Assembly (NCBI GenBank): GCA_030693425.1
Contig: JAUYAM010000002.1
Span: 81,151 to 145,150 of the forward strand
Length of the DNA stretch: 64,000 nt
DNA from: a bacterium
GTDB taxonomy: Bacteria; Patescibacteriota; Minisyncoccia; Minisyncoccales; GWA2-46-15
Reading direction: 5' to 3'
The notes below the pieces were generated by a model. The model worked only from the letters and a program-made list of their open reading frames with translations. It did not search any database and had not been told where the DNA came from. Below, one piece after another: positions 53,580-61,627 of this stretch. Made by a program: the position numbers and the translations under genes. Each line of letters begins with the position of its first letter. The first letter of the stretch is position 1.

Positions 53580-53816
53580 TCAAAATATCTTCTTTAAAAA
53601 TTTACGGCCGCTGGCAGATTTCAAGTATTTTTCTCTTTTTCTGGCACCAATGAAGTTATTAAACTTTTCCGTATAAATAATTGTCCACGGCATGTATCTT
53701 TTTGTGTAAGCATGTTTTCCAGAATTATGTTCCTCTAGTCTTCTCTTAATATCATTAGTTACTCCAATATAGCTTTTATTAGCAATATCGCTTTTGAGCA
53801 GATAAACGATAAACAT
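53580..53816 (-). CDS. GIY-YIG nuclease-family protein (UPF0213-like), copy A
   Basis: Start trimmed to MFIVYLLKSDIANKSYIGVTNDIKRRLEEHN. The longer track ORF reads through the tRNA-derived sequence. Confidence 0.8.
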   Translation of the reverse strand: MFIVYLLKSDIANKSYIGVTNDIKRRLEEHNSGKHAYTKRYMPWTIIYTEKFNNFIGARKREKYLKSASGRKFLKKIF

Positions 53817-53824
53817 ATTTTTTG

Positions 53825-53887
53825 GTCCTACCATTAGACCCGCCTCGCATCGACGAGCGAATGCGAGTCGAGGCGGGCGACCCGGCA
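53825..53887 (-). pseudogene. partial duplicate of the tRNA-Gln 5' part (nt 1-24) interrupted by a 39-nt hairpin
   Basis: TGCCGGGTCG [cccgcctcgactcgcattcgctcgtcgatgcgaggcggg] TCTAATGGTAGGAC. Identical to the acceptor 5' strand plus D-arm of the intact gene. Confidence 0.85.
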
Positions 53888-53911
53888 ATGTCAAAACCCA
53901 AATACCAAAAA

Positions 53912-55084
53912 CTATTCAACTCCGCAATACTCGACAATTGCCAGCTCCAGGGGCAATTGCAAGATTGGCGAAGATTTCATTCGGTTCTGGGCGTCTAAAA
54001 ACAGATTTATGAGCTTTCTTAAATCCTCCTCTTTAAACTTTTGCGCTTGGTTTTTGAGGTTTTTGAATTCCTCATCGGTCAAGCCGTCGGTCAAAGGATT
54101 GTGTAGGCTTTCTCCTCCGATTTTGAACATCAGGCTGGCGTGGAGGTACTTCACCGTTTCTGAAACAAATTCCTGCAGGTCTATCCCCTCTTCAAAAACC
54201 TGACCTAAAAAGCTTAAGGCGTTTTTGGCGTCTTTGTCCAAGATGAAACCAACAAATCTTGAAACCTTTTGGATGCCCACCATTCCCAGCATTTCCCTCA
54301 GATCCTCTGTTTTGATGACGGTTTCCCTGCCTTGTTTTGAGCAAAAAGTGGCGGCCTGGTCAAGAATGCTTTCTGCGTCCCTGAAAGAGCCTCCGGAGTT
54401 TAAAGCGATGAGCTCCAAAGCTGATTTTTCTATCTTTAGATCCTCTTTTTTTGAAATGATTTCCAGGCGTTTTATAATCTCGGGCATTTTCAGCCTTTTG
54501 AAGTCAAACCTCTGGCATCTGGAAATGATGGTCGGGATCATTTTATGGATTTCGGTGGTGGCTAAAATAAAAATAGCGTGGCTAGGAGGTTCTTCTAAAG
54601 TTTTTAAAAGGGCGTTTGAGGCTTCTTTTGTCAGCTGGTGACTTTCGTCAATGATAAAAACCTTGTATTTTGACTTTGTTGGGGAGTACTTAATCCCCTC
54701 TTTTAATTCCCTGATTTCGTCAATACCCCTATGAGAAGCAGCGTCAATCTCAATCAAGTCAATGGCTCTGCCGTCATTAACCTCAAGACAGCTTGAGCAT
54801 TTGTTGCAAGGCTCGAAACTAGTATCTAGTATCTGGTATTTAGTATCTGGTATTCTTTTTGATTCTGCTTCTGCGGTTTTTTTGTTTCTAGTTTCGCAAT
54901 TAAGGGCTTTCGCGAACAATCTGGCTATTGTGGTTTTCCCCGATCCTTTTGGACCAGAAAACAAATATCCTTGGGAAAGAATTTTTGAGCTCAAGGCGTT
55001 AGTCAGGGTTTTGACGATGTGCTCCTGGCCGATAACTTCGCCAAAAGTCTTTGGCCGGTATTTTCTGTAAAAAACCTGGTTCAT
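53912..55084 (-). CDS. dnaX: DNA polymerase III subunit gamma/tau (short form)
   Basis: GPKGSGKTT Walker A, DESHQLT, SRCQRF. 390 aa, domains I-III only. A heptamer-array insert lies in the zinc-module loop. Confidence 0.9.
   Translation of the reverse strand: MNQVFYRKYRPKTFGEVIGQEHIVKTLTNALSSKILSQGYLFSGPKGSGKTTIARLFAKALNCETRNKKTAEAESKRIPDTKYQILDTSFEPCNKCSSCLEVNDGRAIDLIEIDAASHRGIDEIRELKEGIKYSPTKSKYKVFIIDESHQLTKEASNALLKTLEEPPSHAIFILATTEIHKMIPTIISRCQRFDFKRLKMPEIIKRLEIISKKEDLKIEKSALELIALNSGGSFRDAESILDQAATFCSKQGRETVIKTEDLREMLGMVGIQKVSRFVGFILDKDAKNALSFLGQVFEEGIDLQEFVSETVKYLHASLMFKIGGESLHNPLTDGLTDEEFKNLKNQAQKFKEEDLRKLINLFLDAQNRMKSSPILQLPLELAIVEYCGVE
54821..54855. repeat. 5 x 7-nt tandem array, GTAT type, in frame in dnaX
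   Basis: agtatct agtatct ggtattt agtatct ggtattc. Encodes PDTKYQILDTS between the first Cys and the CNKCSSC of the Zn module. Confidence 0.85.
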
Positions 55085-55677
55085 TATTTAAACACGATGA
55101 ATTTGTAACCTAAGAAATTCCAGATGAGACCGGCAGCGCTGCCCATTAAAGCACCGACATTAGCCCAGGTCTTAACTGTCAGGCCCGCTTGCGGCCCGAT
55201 CAGATTGACTATAAAGGAGGCGGCGCCGACGTTAATAAAGAAACCGATGACGCTGATAACCAGGAACTGGTGGAATTTGCCCTTGCCGGATCCAAAAGTC
55301 CAGAGTTTGTTCCAAAAGTAGGAATTGGTGGTGGCAATCAGAAAGGAAACGCCTTTGAAAACAGAATACCAAAGTCCAGAGCTTATTCCAGCAGCAAGGA
55401 TTAAAAGATTTAAAATTCCTAAGTCAACCAAAGTATTCATGCCTCCGACCAGGAAGAACTTGGCAAACTGGTAAAGAGTCAACAGTTTTTCTTTAAAGAG
55501 CAGGGCAACGATCATTCCCCCGCCGCACAGGATCGGGAAAGTAATCGGCAGCAGCCACCAAAACTTGAAGTCCTGGACGAGGTTTTTGGAAATGGCCAGT
55601 GCCAGCCAGGCCGAGATTTCACCGATGGCAAGGGAGGCAATAAGATCTTTTTTCTTTGAAGAAATGTTTAAAGTCAT
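55084..55677 (-). CDS. GtrA-family membrane protein
   Basis: FAKFFLVGGMNTLVDLGILNLL and WNKLWTF motifs. Shares its stop/start nucleotide region with dnaX. Confidence 0.7.
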   Translation of the reverse strand: MTLNISSKKKDLIASLAIGEISAWLALAISKNLVQDFKFWWLLPITFPILCGGGMIVALLFKEKLLTLYQFAKFFLVGGMNTLVDLGILNLLILAAGISSGLWYSVFKGVSFLIATTNSYFWNKLWTFGSGKGKFHQFLVISVIGFFINVGAASFIVNLIGPQAGLTVKTWANVGALMGSAAGLIWNFLGYKFIVFK

Positions 55678-55776
55678 ATTATTCTAGGATATCACGCCTC
55701 TTGCGAAAAATAAAGGCATTTGCTATTCTGCGCATGCGTTTAAATATCCGGTTTTCTATTCACGAAGGAGGTCCTA

Positions 55777-56082
55777 ATGCCACAAGCTCTTTTTTACGGT
55801 TCGCTTGACGAAGATAAGCGCAGTTACCTGCGGCAGAGGGTCGAGGTTTCACGTGTCAATGTTGATTTTGTCCAGTTCGTGATCGCTTCTGGCAGTCTAG
55901 ATGTCGGTTTGAGTTATTTGGGTCGAGCCGCTGGCGATCGTCATCTGACGAAGACTTATTTGACGATTGTGATATGGTACAGTTCCGAGGCAATTGGACT
56001 TTCGATATCAGAAGAGTTCCATTCCCAGGGCGCGGATCACGTTGCCTGGGATCCGTCAGACGCAGTCCGGTTCCTCAGGTGA
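55777..56082 (+). CDS. hypothetical protein (101 aa)
   Basis: GGAGG SD 5 nt upstream. Followed by two hairpins (56102-56129, and 56154-56180 with a T6 tract). Confidence 0.45.
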   Translation: MPQALFYGSLDEDKRSYLRQRVEVSRVNVDFVQFVIASGSLDVGLSYLGRAAGDRHLTKTYLTIVIWYSSEAIGLSISEEFHSQGADHVAWDPSDAVRFLR

Positions 56083-56153
56083 ACACGAATCAATTTTCGA
56101 CAAAACTCCGGCCACTATGGCGGAGTTTTAGTTTCTAAATAGATAAAGTATTA

Positions 56154-56180
56154 GTTGGACATCGCATGTCCGACTTTTTT
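56154..56180 (+). terminator. intrinsic terminator
   Basis: gttggacat-cgc-atgtccgac followed by tttttt. Confidence 0.75.
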
Positions 56181-56186
56181 ATTCGC

Positions 56187-56216
56187 TTGACAAAATGCTC
56201 ACAGAAAAGGTATGAC
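56187..56216 (+). promoter_or_regulatory. candidate promoter (TTGACA-18-TATGAC) with conserved leader, copy 1
   Basis: cTTGACAAAAT...ggTATGACC...gcacacaaaaGGAGGtgc then ATG. Paralogous to 56681-56736. Confidence 0.4.
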
Positions 56217-56244
56217 CGAAGTGGCACACAAAAGGAGGTGCGAG

Positions 56245-56592
56245 ATGGACAATAAGGTTTTGAAATTCTATCTCTGGAAACCCTTTCCAGACATAGAGGG
56301 TGCGTTCATAGCTGAGCAAGTGTCTTGCAAAGGCGGCATCATGTGGGACAGCCAGCATGGAGCAAACATCATATTCGCCTACGTGGCAAGGGGGCCGGCA
56401 GTGATCGAGGAAGTGAGGCGAAGTAACGGTCGAGCTGTCCTCGTCGCTCTGATTAAGCGAGGAGGTAGCGGCGACTTAAAACAAAGGTGCCTTGCTGCCG
56501 GTGCGAGCGTGGGTTTCTATATGCCTACACACGCGCGGGGGTTTAAACAAATGTTCACGCGTCTCGATGCGCTCTATGCGCAAAAACCATAA
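56245..56592 (+). CDS. hypothetical protein (115 aa)
   Basis: Start trimmed to MDNKVLKF, 6 nt after the GGAGG. The C-terminal half is faintly receiver-domain-like (AAGASVGFYMP), which is not enough to call. Confidence 0.45.
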   Translation: MDNKVLKFYLWKPFPDIEGAFIAEQVSCKGGIMWDSQHGANIIFAYVARGPAVIEEVRRSNGRAVLVALIKRGGSGDLKQRCLAAGASVGFYMPTHARGFKQMFTRLDALYAQKP

Positions 56593-56680
56593 GAATGTTT
56601 ATTGGATCAAAGCCCTCTCGCCAACGCGTGAAGAGGGTTTTGCATTTTATGAACGCACAATATTGAACCAATACAGGAAC

Positions 56681-56709
56681 TTGACAAAATACTTTTTTGG
56701 GGGTATGAC
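56681..56709 (+). promoter_or_regulatory. candidate promoter (TTGACA-17-TATGAC) with conserved leader, copy 2
   Basis: cTTGACAAAAT...ggTATGACC...gcacacaaaGGAGGtgc then ATG at 56737. Confidence 0.4.
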
Positions 56710-56736
56710 CAAATTAGCACACAAAGGAGGTGCCCC

Positions 56737-56943
56737 ATGGGTGACGTGACTAGTGATATGGACAATCATGTGATTGGCAAGACGGAAACCAAACTTATAG
56801 TTGGTTTGCATCGCGCTATTTATCATTGCAAGGCAGGCGATGCCGTGGCCGCTTACATCGGTGACAAACTGGAATGGTTTGACACCATAAAAGCCCTTGA
56901 GAAATATCTGCAGGAAACCGAGGGAGACCTCGTGGCAGCATAG
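56737..56943 (+). CDS. hypothetical small protein (68 aa)
   Basis: GGAGG SD 6 nt upstream. Terminator-like hairpin plus a T8 tract at about 56963-56998. Confidence 0.45.
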   Translation: MGDVTSDMDNHVIGKTETKLIVGLHRAIYHCKAGDAVAAYIGDKLEWFDTIKALEKYLQETEGDLVAA

Positions 56944-56962
56944 ATCTCATCATTAGTAGAGT

Positions 56963-56998
56963 GCCGACCCCAAAGGAGTCGGCGCTTCTATTTTTTTT
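56963..56998 (+). terminator. intrinsic terminator
   Basis: gccgac...gtcggc stem followed by cttctaTTTTTTTT. Confidence 0.6.
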
Positions 56999-57046
56999 CA
57001 CGACTATCTTTGATTAAAACGGGTTAATATAGTAAAATTAGGTAAA

Positions 57047-58465
57047 ATGATCAAACTTTACAACACTCTCACCAGAAAGCTCGAGGATTTCAAGCCTATA
57101 AAAAATGGCTTTGTCGGCATTTATTCTTGCGGGCCCACGGTTTACTGGAATCAGCACATCGGCCATATGTACGCTTACGTCCAGTGGGATGCCTTGATTA
57201 GATTTTTAGGCTATTCCGGGTTCAAAACTAAATGGGTGATGAATATCACTGATGTCGGCCACATGACTTCTGATGAAGATACCGGCCAAGACAAAATGGA
57301 AAAAGGCGCCAAAAGAGAGAATCTTTCCGTCTGGGAGATCGCTGACAAATACATTAAGCAATTCACAGAAAGTTTGGACTTGCTGAATATTAAAAGGCCC
57401 GATATTCTTTGCCGGGCAACCGGCCATATCAAAGAGCAGATTGATTTAATCAAGAAAATTGAGAAAAATGGGTTTGCGTATAAAACCAAAACCGGTTTGG
57501 TTTTTGACACTTCAAGGTTTCCAGGATATGCCAAGTTTGCTCGGCTCAACCTCAAAGACCAATTTGCCGGCGCCAGGACCGAAATTGACAAAGAAAAGAA
57601 AAAACCCTGGGATTTCCTTTTGTGGGTGACCAACCAACCGAACCACATTATGCAATGGGATAGCCCTTGGAACCGCGGTTTTCCCGGCTGGCATATTGAA
57701 TGCACGGCCATGTCAACCAAGCACCTGGGCAAAGTTTTTGACATTCATACCGGCGGCAAAGAGCACATCCCGATCCACCATACCAACGAGATCGCCCAGG
57801 CTTTCGGCGCCTTCGGCAAGCGGACGGCTAATTTCTGGCTCCATAACGAGTGGCTGACGTTGGAAGGAGAGAAAATGTCAAAGAGCTTGGGAAATAATGT
57901 TTTAGTCACAGACCTAATTGCCAAAGGCTTTAATCCTTTAGCTCTGAGATATCTCATCATGACTTCCCATTACCGCCAGGGGTTAAACTTTACCTGGCGG
58001 AGTTTAAAGGGGGCAGAAAAAGCACTGATCGGTTTATATATGACGGCAGCTCGTTTATGGGAAGAATCTTCTGGTTCCAAATCGCCAAAAGATAATCCAT
58101 TATTAAGAAAAAAATATACAGAGGAATTTGTTGCCTATTTATCTGATGATCTGAATGTGGCAAAATGTCTTGGATTGATCTGGAAAGTTTTAAAGGACAA
58201 AAATCTTTCGTTTAAAGATAGATATGAATTGTCAATAAATTTTGATAAAGTATTTGGTCTCAGAATTGCGGAGAATAGCAGACCGTCTCCTTCGATGCCG
58301 CCTATTGTGATACCGTCAGAAGTGGAAAAATTAGTTGAACAAAGAGAAAATTTGAGGAAAGAAAAACAATGGCAGGAAGCAGACCAAATCAGAAAAGAGG
58401 TGGAAAGACTCGGTTGGCAGATTGAAGATGCGACCGAGGGACCAAAGATCAAACCAAAATCGTAG
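57047..58465 (+). CDS. cysS: cysteinyl-tRNA synthetase
   Basis: HIGH region (NQHIGHM) and KMSKS (GEKMSKSLGN). 472 aa. Confidence 0.95.
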   Translation: MIKLYNTLTRKLEDFKPIKNGFVGIYSCGPTVYWNQHIGHMYAYVQWDALIRFLGYSGFKTKWVMNITDVGHMTSDEDTGQDKMEKGAKRENLSVWEIADKYIKQFTESLDLLNIKRPDILCRATGHIKEQIDLIKKIEKNGFAYKTKTGLVFDTSRFPGYAKFARLNLKDQFAGARTEIDKEKKKPWDFLLWVTNQPNHIMQWDSPWNRGFPGWHIECTAMSTKHLGKVFDIHTGGKEHIPIHHTNEIAQAFGAFGKRTANFWLHNEWLTLEGEKMSKSLGNNVLVTDLIAKGFNPLALRYLIMTSHYRQGLNFTWRSLKGAEKALIGLYMTAARLWEESSGSKSPKDNPLLRKKYTEEFVAYLSDDLNVAKCLGLIWKVLKDKNLSFKDRYELSINFDKVFGLRIAENSRPSPSMPPIVIPSEVEKLVEQRENLRKEKQWQEADQIRKEVERLGWQIEDATEGPKIKPKS

Positions 58466-58482
58466 ATTGCTTCCAATCAAAA

Positions 58483-58505
58483 CAGGACAGATTATTTCTG
58501 TCCTG
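58483..58505. terminator. bidirectional hairpin terminator
   Basis: caggacag-attattt-ctgtcctg. U-rich sequence follows on both strands. Confidence 0.55.
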
Positions 58506-58532
58506 CTTTGTCTGACGACGATAGGTTATTCC

Positions 58533-58676
58533 TTATTTCTCCTCTCTTGGTGCTGTTTTATTTTCCGCCTCGTTCGCGTCCGGTTTTTTGAGTAACCGCC
58601 ACCGGAGTAAAACGATAAAGGCGAAGATGATGAGAGCCAACGGCAACAACAAGATGTCACAGAGCTCTTGGAACAT
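58533..58676 (-). CDS. small membrane protein (47 aa), below the ORF-track threshold
   Basis: Hand translation: MFQELCDILLLPLALIIFAFIVLLRWRLLKKPDANEAENKTAPREEK. AAGGAGG lies 6 nt upstream. Confidence 0.4.
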   Translation of the reverse strand: MFQELCDILLLPLALIIFAFIVLLRWRLLKKPDANEAENKTAPREEK

Positions 58677-58776
58677 AACAGGCCTCCTTTTTTCTGACTA
58701 GGGATTGTATGTGTGGATTATAAGGGGATTTCTTTTAGTTGTCAAAGGCTTCTAGTTTTGTTAGTTTTAAAGTATC

Positions 58777-60138
58777 ATGCCGGACCAGCTTTCAGACAAA
58801 CTTCCTCCGCAGAATCTTGAGGCCGAACAATCAGTTTTGGGCAGTCTTTTGATCGACAACAACGCCATCGTCAAGGTGATTGATTTTTTGCAACCAAAGG
58901 ATTTTTACAAGCCAGACCACCAGGAGATTTACCGGGTGATGGCCGAGCTTTTCGAGAAGAGCGAGCCGATTGATCTGCTTTCGGTTTCCATCAGGCTTAA
59001 GGAAACTGACAAGCTTGAAGAAGTCGGAGGCAATGCCTACTTGACCCAGCTGGTGAATACCGTGCCGACGGCGGCCCATACTCTAAATTATGCCAAAATA
59101 GTCCAGCGCAAAAGGATTTTAAGGGACCTGATCGACGCCAGCCACGAGATCGGCCAGATGGGTTACAACGAATCCGAGGACGTCGAGATTCTGCTCGATC
59201 AGGCCGAGAAAAGAATTTTCAGCATCACTCAGAAATCCCTGACCCAAAAATTCCTGCCTATCAAGGCCAGTCTTGAGGAAGCTTTTGACCGGATCGACCG
59301 GCTTTCCAAACACGAAGGCGGCCCCAGAGGGGTGCCGACCGGCTTTGTTGACTTAGACAACATGCTTTCCGGGCTCCAGAAGTCTGACCTGATAATCTTA
59401 GCTTCCCGGCCTTCAATGGGAAAATCCTCTCTGGCCATGGATTTTGTCAAGCACGTGGCCGTAAATGAAAAACTGCCCGTCGGCGTTTTCAGCCTGGAAA
59501 TGTCAATGGACCAGGTAGTTGACAGACTTATCGCCTCCCAGTCAGGAGTTGATCTCTGGAAAATCAGGACAGGGACGCTTTCTTCAAAAGGAGAGGACAA
59601 CGACTTTAGCAAAATCCAGGCAGCTTTAGGAGTTTTGGCTGAAGCCCCTATTTTTATTGACGACGCTGCCACTTCCAATGTTCTTCAAATGAGGGCCATG
59701 GCCAGAAGATTGCAGGCAGAGCACGGGCTCGGCCTGTTAGTCATTGACTATCTTCAGCTGGTTGAGCCGAGAACCGGAACAGAGAGCATGGTTCAGCAGA
59801 TCACCGAAATCTCCAGATCTTTAAAGGGTTTGGGCCGGGAATTGAATGTGCCGGTAGTGGCTATTTCCCAGCTTTCAAGGGCAGTTGAGCAAAGGTCTCC
59901 CCAAATACCAAGGCTGGCCGATCTAAGAGAGTCAGGCTCGCTGGAACAGGATGCGGACGTGGTCTTATTTATATACAGAGAGGATCGCTACCGCCAAGAC
60001 AGCGATAAAAAGAACATCGCTGATATTATTATTGCTAAGCACCGAAACGGCCCGGTCGGCAAGATAGAGCTCTATTTTGACGAAAGGATAGTCAGCTTCA
60101 GGAGCTTGGCAAAGGAAGAAAGAGAGTTTTTGACTTAG
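58777..60138 (+). CDS. dnaB: replicative DNA helicase
   Basis: LPPQNLEAEQSVLGSLL N-terminus, Walker A SRPSMGKSS, and SQLSRAVEQR. Confidence 0.95.
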   Translation: MPDQLSDKLPPQNLEAEQSVLGSLLIDNNAIVKVIDFLQPKDFYKPDHQEIYRVMAELFEKSEPIDLLSVSIRLKETDKLEEVGGNAYLTQLVNTVPTAAHTLNYAKIVQRKRILRDLIDASHEIGQMGYNESEDVEILLDQAEKRIFSITQKSLTQKFLPIKASLEEAFDRIDRLSKHEGGPRGVPTGFVDLDNMLSGLQKSDLIILASRPSMGKSSLAMDFVKHVAVNEKLPVGVFSLEMSMDQVVDRLIASQSGVDLWKIRTGTLSSKGEDNDFSKIQAALGVLAEAPIFIDDAATSNVLQMRAMARRLQAEHGLGLLVIDYLQLVEPRTGTESMVQQITEISRSLKGLGRELNVPVVAISQLSRAVEQRSPQIPRLADLRESGSLEQDADVVLFIYREDRYRQDSDKKNIADIIIAKHRNGPVGKIELYFDERIVSFRSLAKEEREFLT

Positions 60139-60140
60139 AA

Positions 60141-60764
60141 ATGTTTTCTCCAAAGATTCAAAAGCTGATCGGAATCTTTTCCCATTTTCCGGGCGTGGGG
60201 CCGAAAACCGCCTCGCGTTTTGTTTTCTATCTTTTAAGAAAGCCGGAATCCCAGATAGAGGAGATTTTGGGATCGATTGCCGACTTGAAGAAAATTGTCA
60301 GAATCTGCCAATTCTGCCTGAACCCTTTTGAACCGAAAGCCAAAGAGCTTCTCTGTCCGATTTGCCTTGATCCCGGCCGTGACAAAAGCCTGCTCTGCCT
60401 GGTCGAAAAAGAAGCAGATCTTGATTTGCTGGAGAAAACCAGGAAATACCGAGGCCTCTATTTCATACTCGGGGGCCTGCTTTCTCCTCTGAAAAAGAGA
60501 GAAACGGAAAAACTGATAATCGACAGCCTTTTGGAAAGGCTGAAAAACCCGGCCAGTTTTGGCTTGTCCAAGGCCGATTTCAAGGAAATTATTATTGCCA
60601 TCAGCTACACGACCGAAGGCATTGCCACTTCCCTGTATCTGGAAAGGGTTTTAAAGCCCCTGAATAAAAAAATCACCCGCTTGGGCCAGGGCTTGCCGAT
60701 TGGAGCTGAAATCGAATACGCCGACGAAGAAACTTTATCTTCTGCTCTGGAAGGTAGAAAATAG
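60141..60764 (+). CDS. recR: recombination protein RecR
   Basis: HhH N-terminus (PGVGPKTASR), C4 zinc finger (CQFC...CPIC) and a Toprim domain. Confidence 0.9.
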   Translation: MFSPKIQKLIGIFSHFPGVGPKTASRFVFYLLRKPESQIEEILGSIADLKKIVRICQFCLNPFEPKAKELLCPICLDPGRDKSLLCLVEKEADLDLLEKTRKYRGLYFILGGLLSPLKKRETEKLIIDSLLERLKNPASFGLSKADFKEIIIAISYTTEGIATSLYLERVLKPLNKKITRLGQGLPIGAEIEYADEETLSSALEGRK

Positions 60765-60850
60765 CAAAGATAAAAAAACATTCGGACAAACTAATCGATT
60801 AGATTAATCGGTTAGTCTAATCGATATAAATAGGCATAAAAATTTTGTTC

Positions 60851-60878
60851 TCCTGTGCAAGCATATGCTTGCACAGGA
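60851..60878. repeat. perfect 28-bp palindrome upstream of the PaaX-like gene
   Basis: tcctgtgcaagcat|atgcttgcacagga. A degenerate copy lies at about 61516-61545, downstream of the gene. Confidence 0.9.
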
Positions 60879-60910
60879 AATGAACAAGTTTATAATGAAT
60901 AAATGAATAT

Positions 60911-61477
60911 ATGAAAGAAAGATACGGAGAACTTGCTAAGGATATTTTGACGGGACTGGTTATTGCCGGTGCTGTGGCGGTGGCGGCTACCTCGCCATAT
61001 TTTTTATTGAATCTTGCTAAGCAAGTTTTACGGAACCAAAAATATTTTGAAAAAGAATGGGAGAAAATAAAATTTAAGAGAGCGCTTGAAAAATTAAAGA
61101 AAAACCGTTTAGTAATTCTTCGGGAAAAAGAAGGCAAATTTACCGTCGAGCTTACCGAAAAGGGAAAGAGAAAAACAAAAGAAATCCAACTCGATGGTCT
61201 GAAGGTTGAAAAACCGCAAACCTGGGATGGAAAATGGCGGATTGTGATTTTTGATATTCCCAATAGATTCGGTCGCGCAAGAGACGCCTTAAGGGAAAGA
61301 CTGAAAGACTTGGGTTTTTATCAGTTCCAAAAAAGCGCTTGGATTATTCCATACCCCTGCGAAAAAGAAGTAGAATTTTTAGCCGAATTTTTTGATATAT
61401 ATTCTTATCTCAATATCGTAGAAACAGAGAGAATTTCTAATGATCTTAGGTTAAAAAGGCATTTCAGATTATTGTAA
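60911..61477 (+). CDS. TM-anchored winged-helix / PaaX-like (Cas2-fold middle domain) protein
   Basis: WDGKWRIVIFDIPNRFGRARDALRERLKDLGFYQFQKSAWIIPYP matches the PaaX-family pattern. It is preceded by a wHTH-like segment (LEKLKKNRLVILREKEGKFTVELTEKG). Confidence 0.55.
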   Translation: MKERYGELAKDILTGLVIAGAVAVAATSPYFLLNLAKQVLRNQKYFEKEWEKIKFKRALEKLKKNRLVILREKEGKFTVELTEKGKRKTKEIQLDGLKVEKPQTWDGKWRIVIFDIPNRFGRARDALRERLKDLGFYQFQKSAWIIPYPCEKEVEFLAEFFDIYSYLNIVETERISNDLRLKRHFRLL

Positions 61478-61627
61478 AAAGTCGTGGAAATCCTCCGTAT
61501 TATTATGTTAGATATTCTTCTGTGCACGCATATGCTTGTACAAGGGATATAAAAATACAATGGAAAATAAGATTTTAAAGATGCAAGCGAAGGTCTTAAA
61601 GACGCAAGAGCGAGACGGTTATTAAAC

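Noticed and set aside
60817-61263. 148-aa minus-strand ORF
   Set aside because: It is antisense to the PaaX-like gene, is Phe/Ser-rich and low in complexity, and starts inside the palindromic intergenic region.
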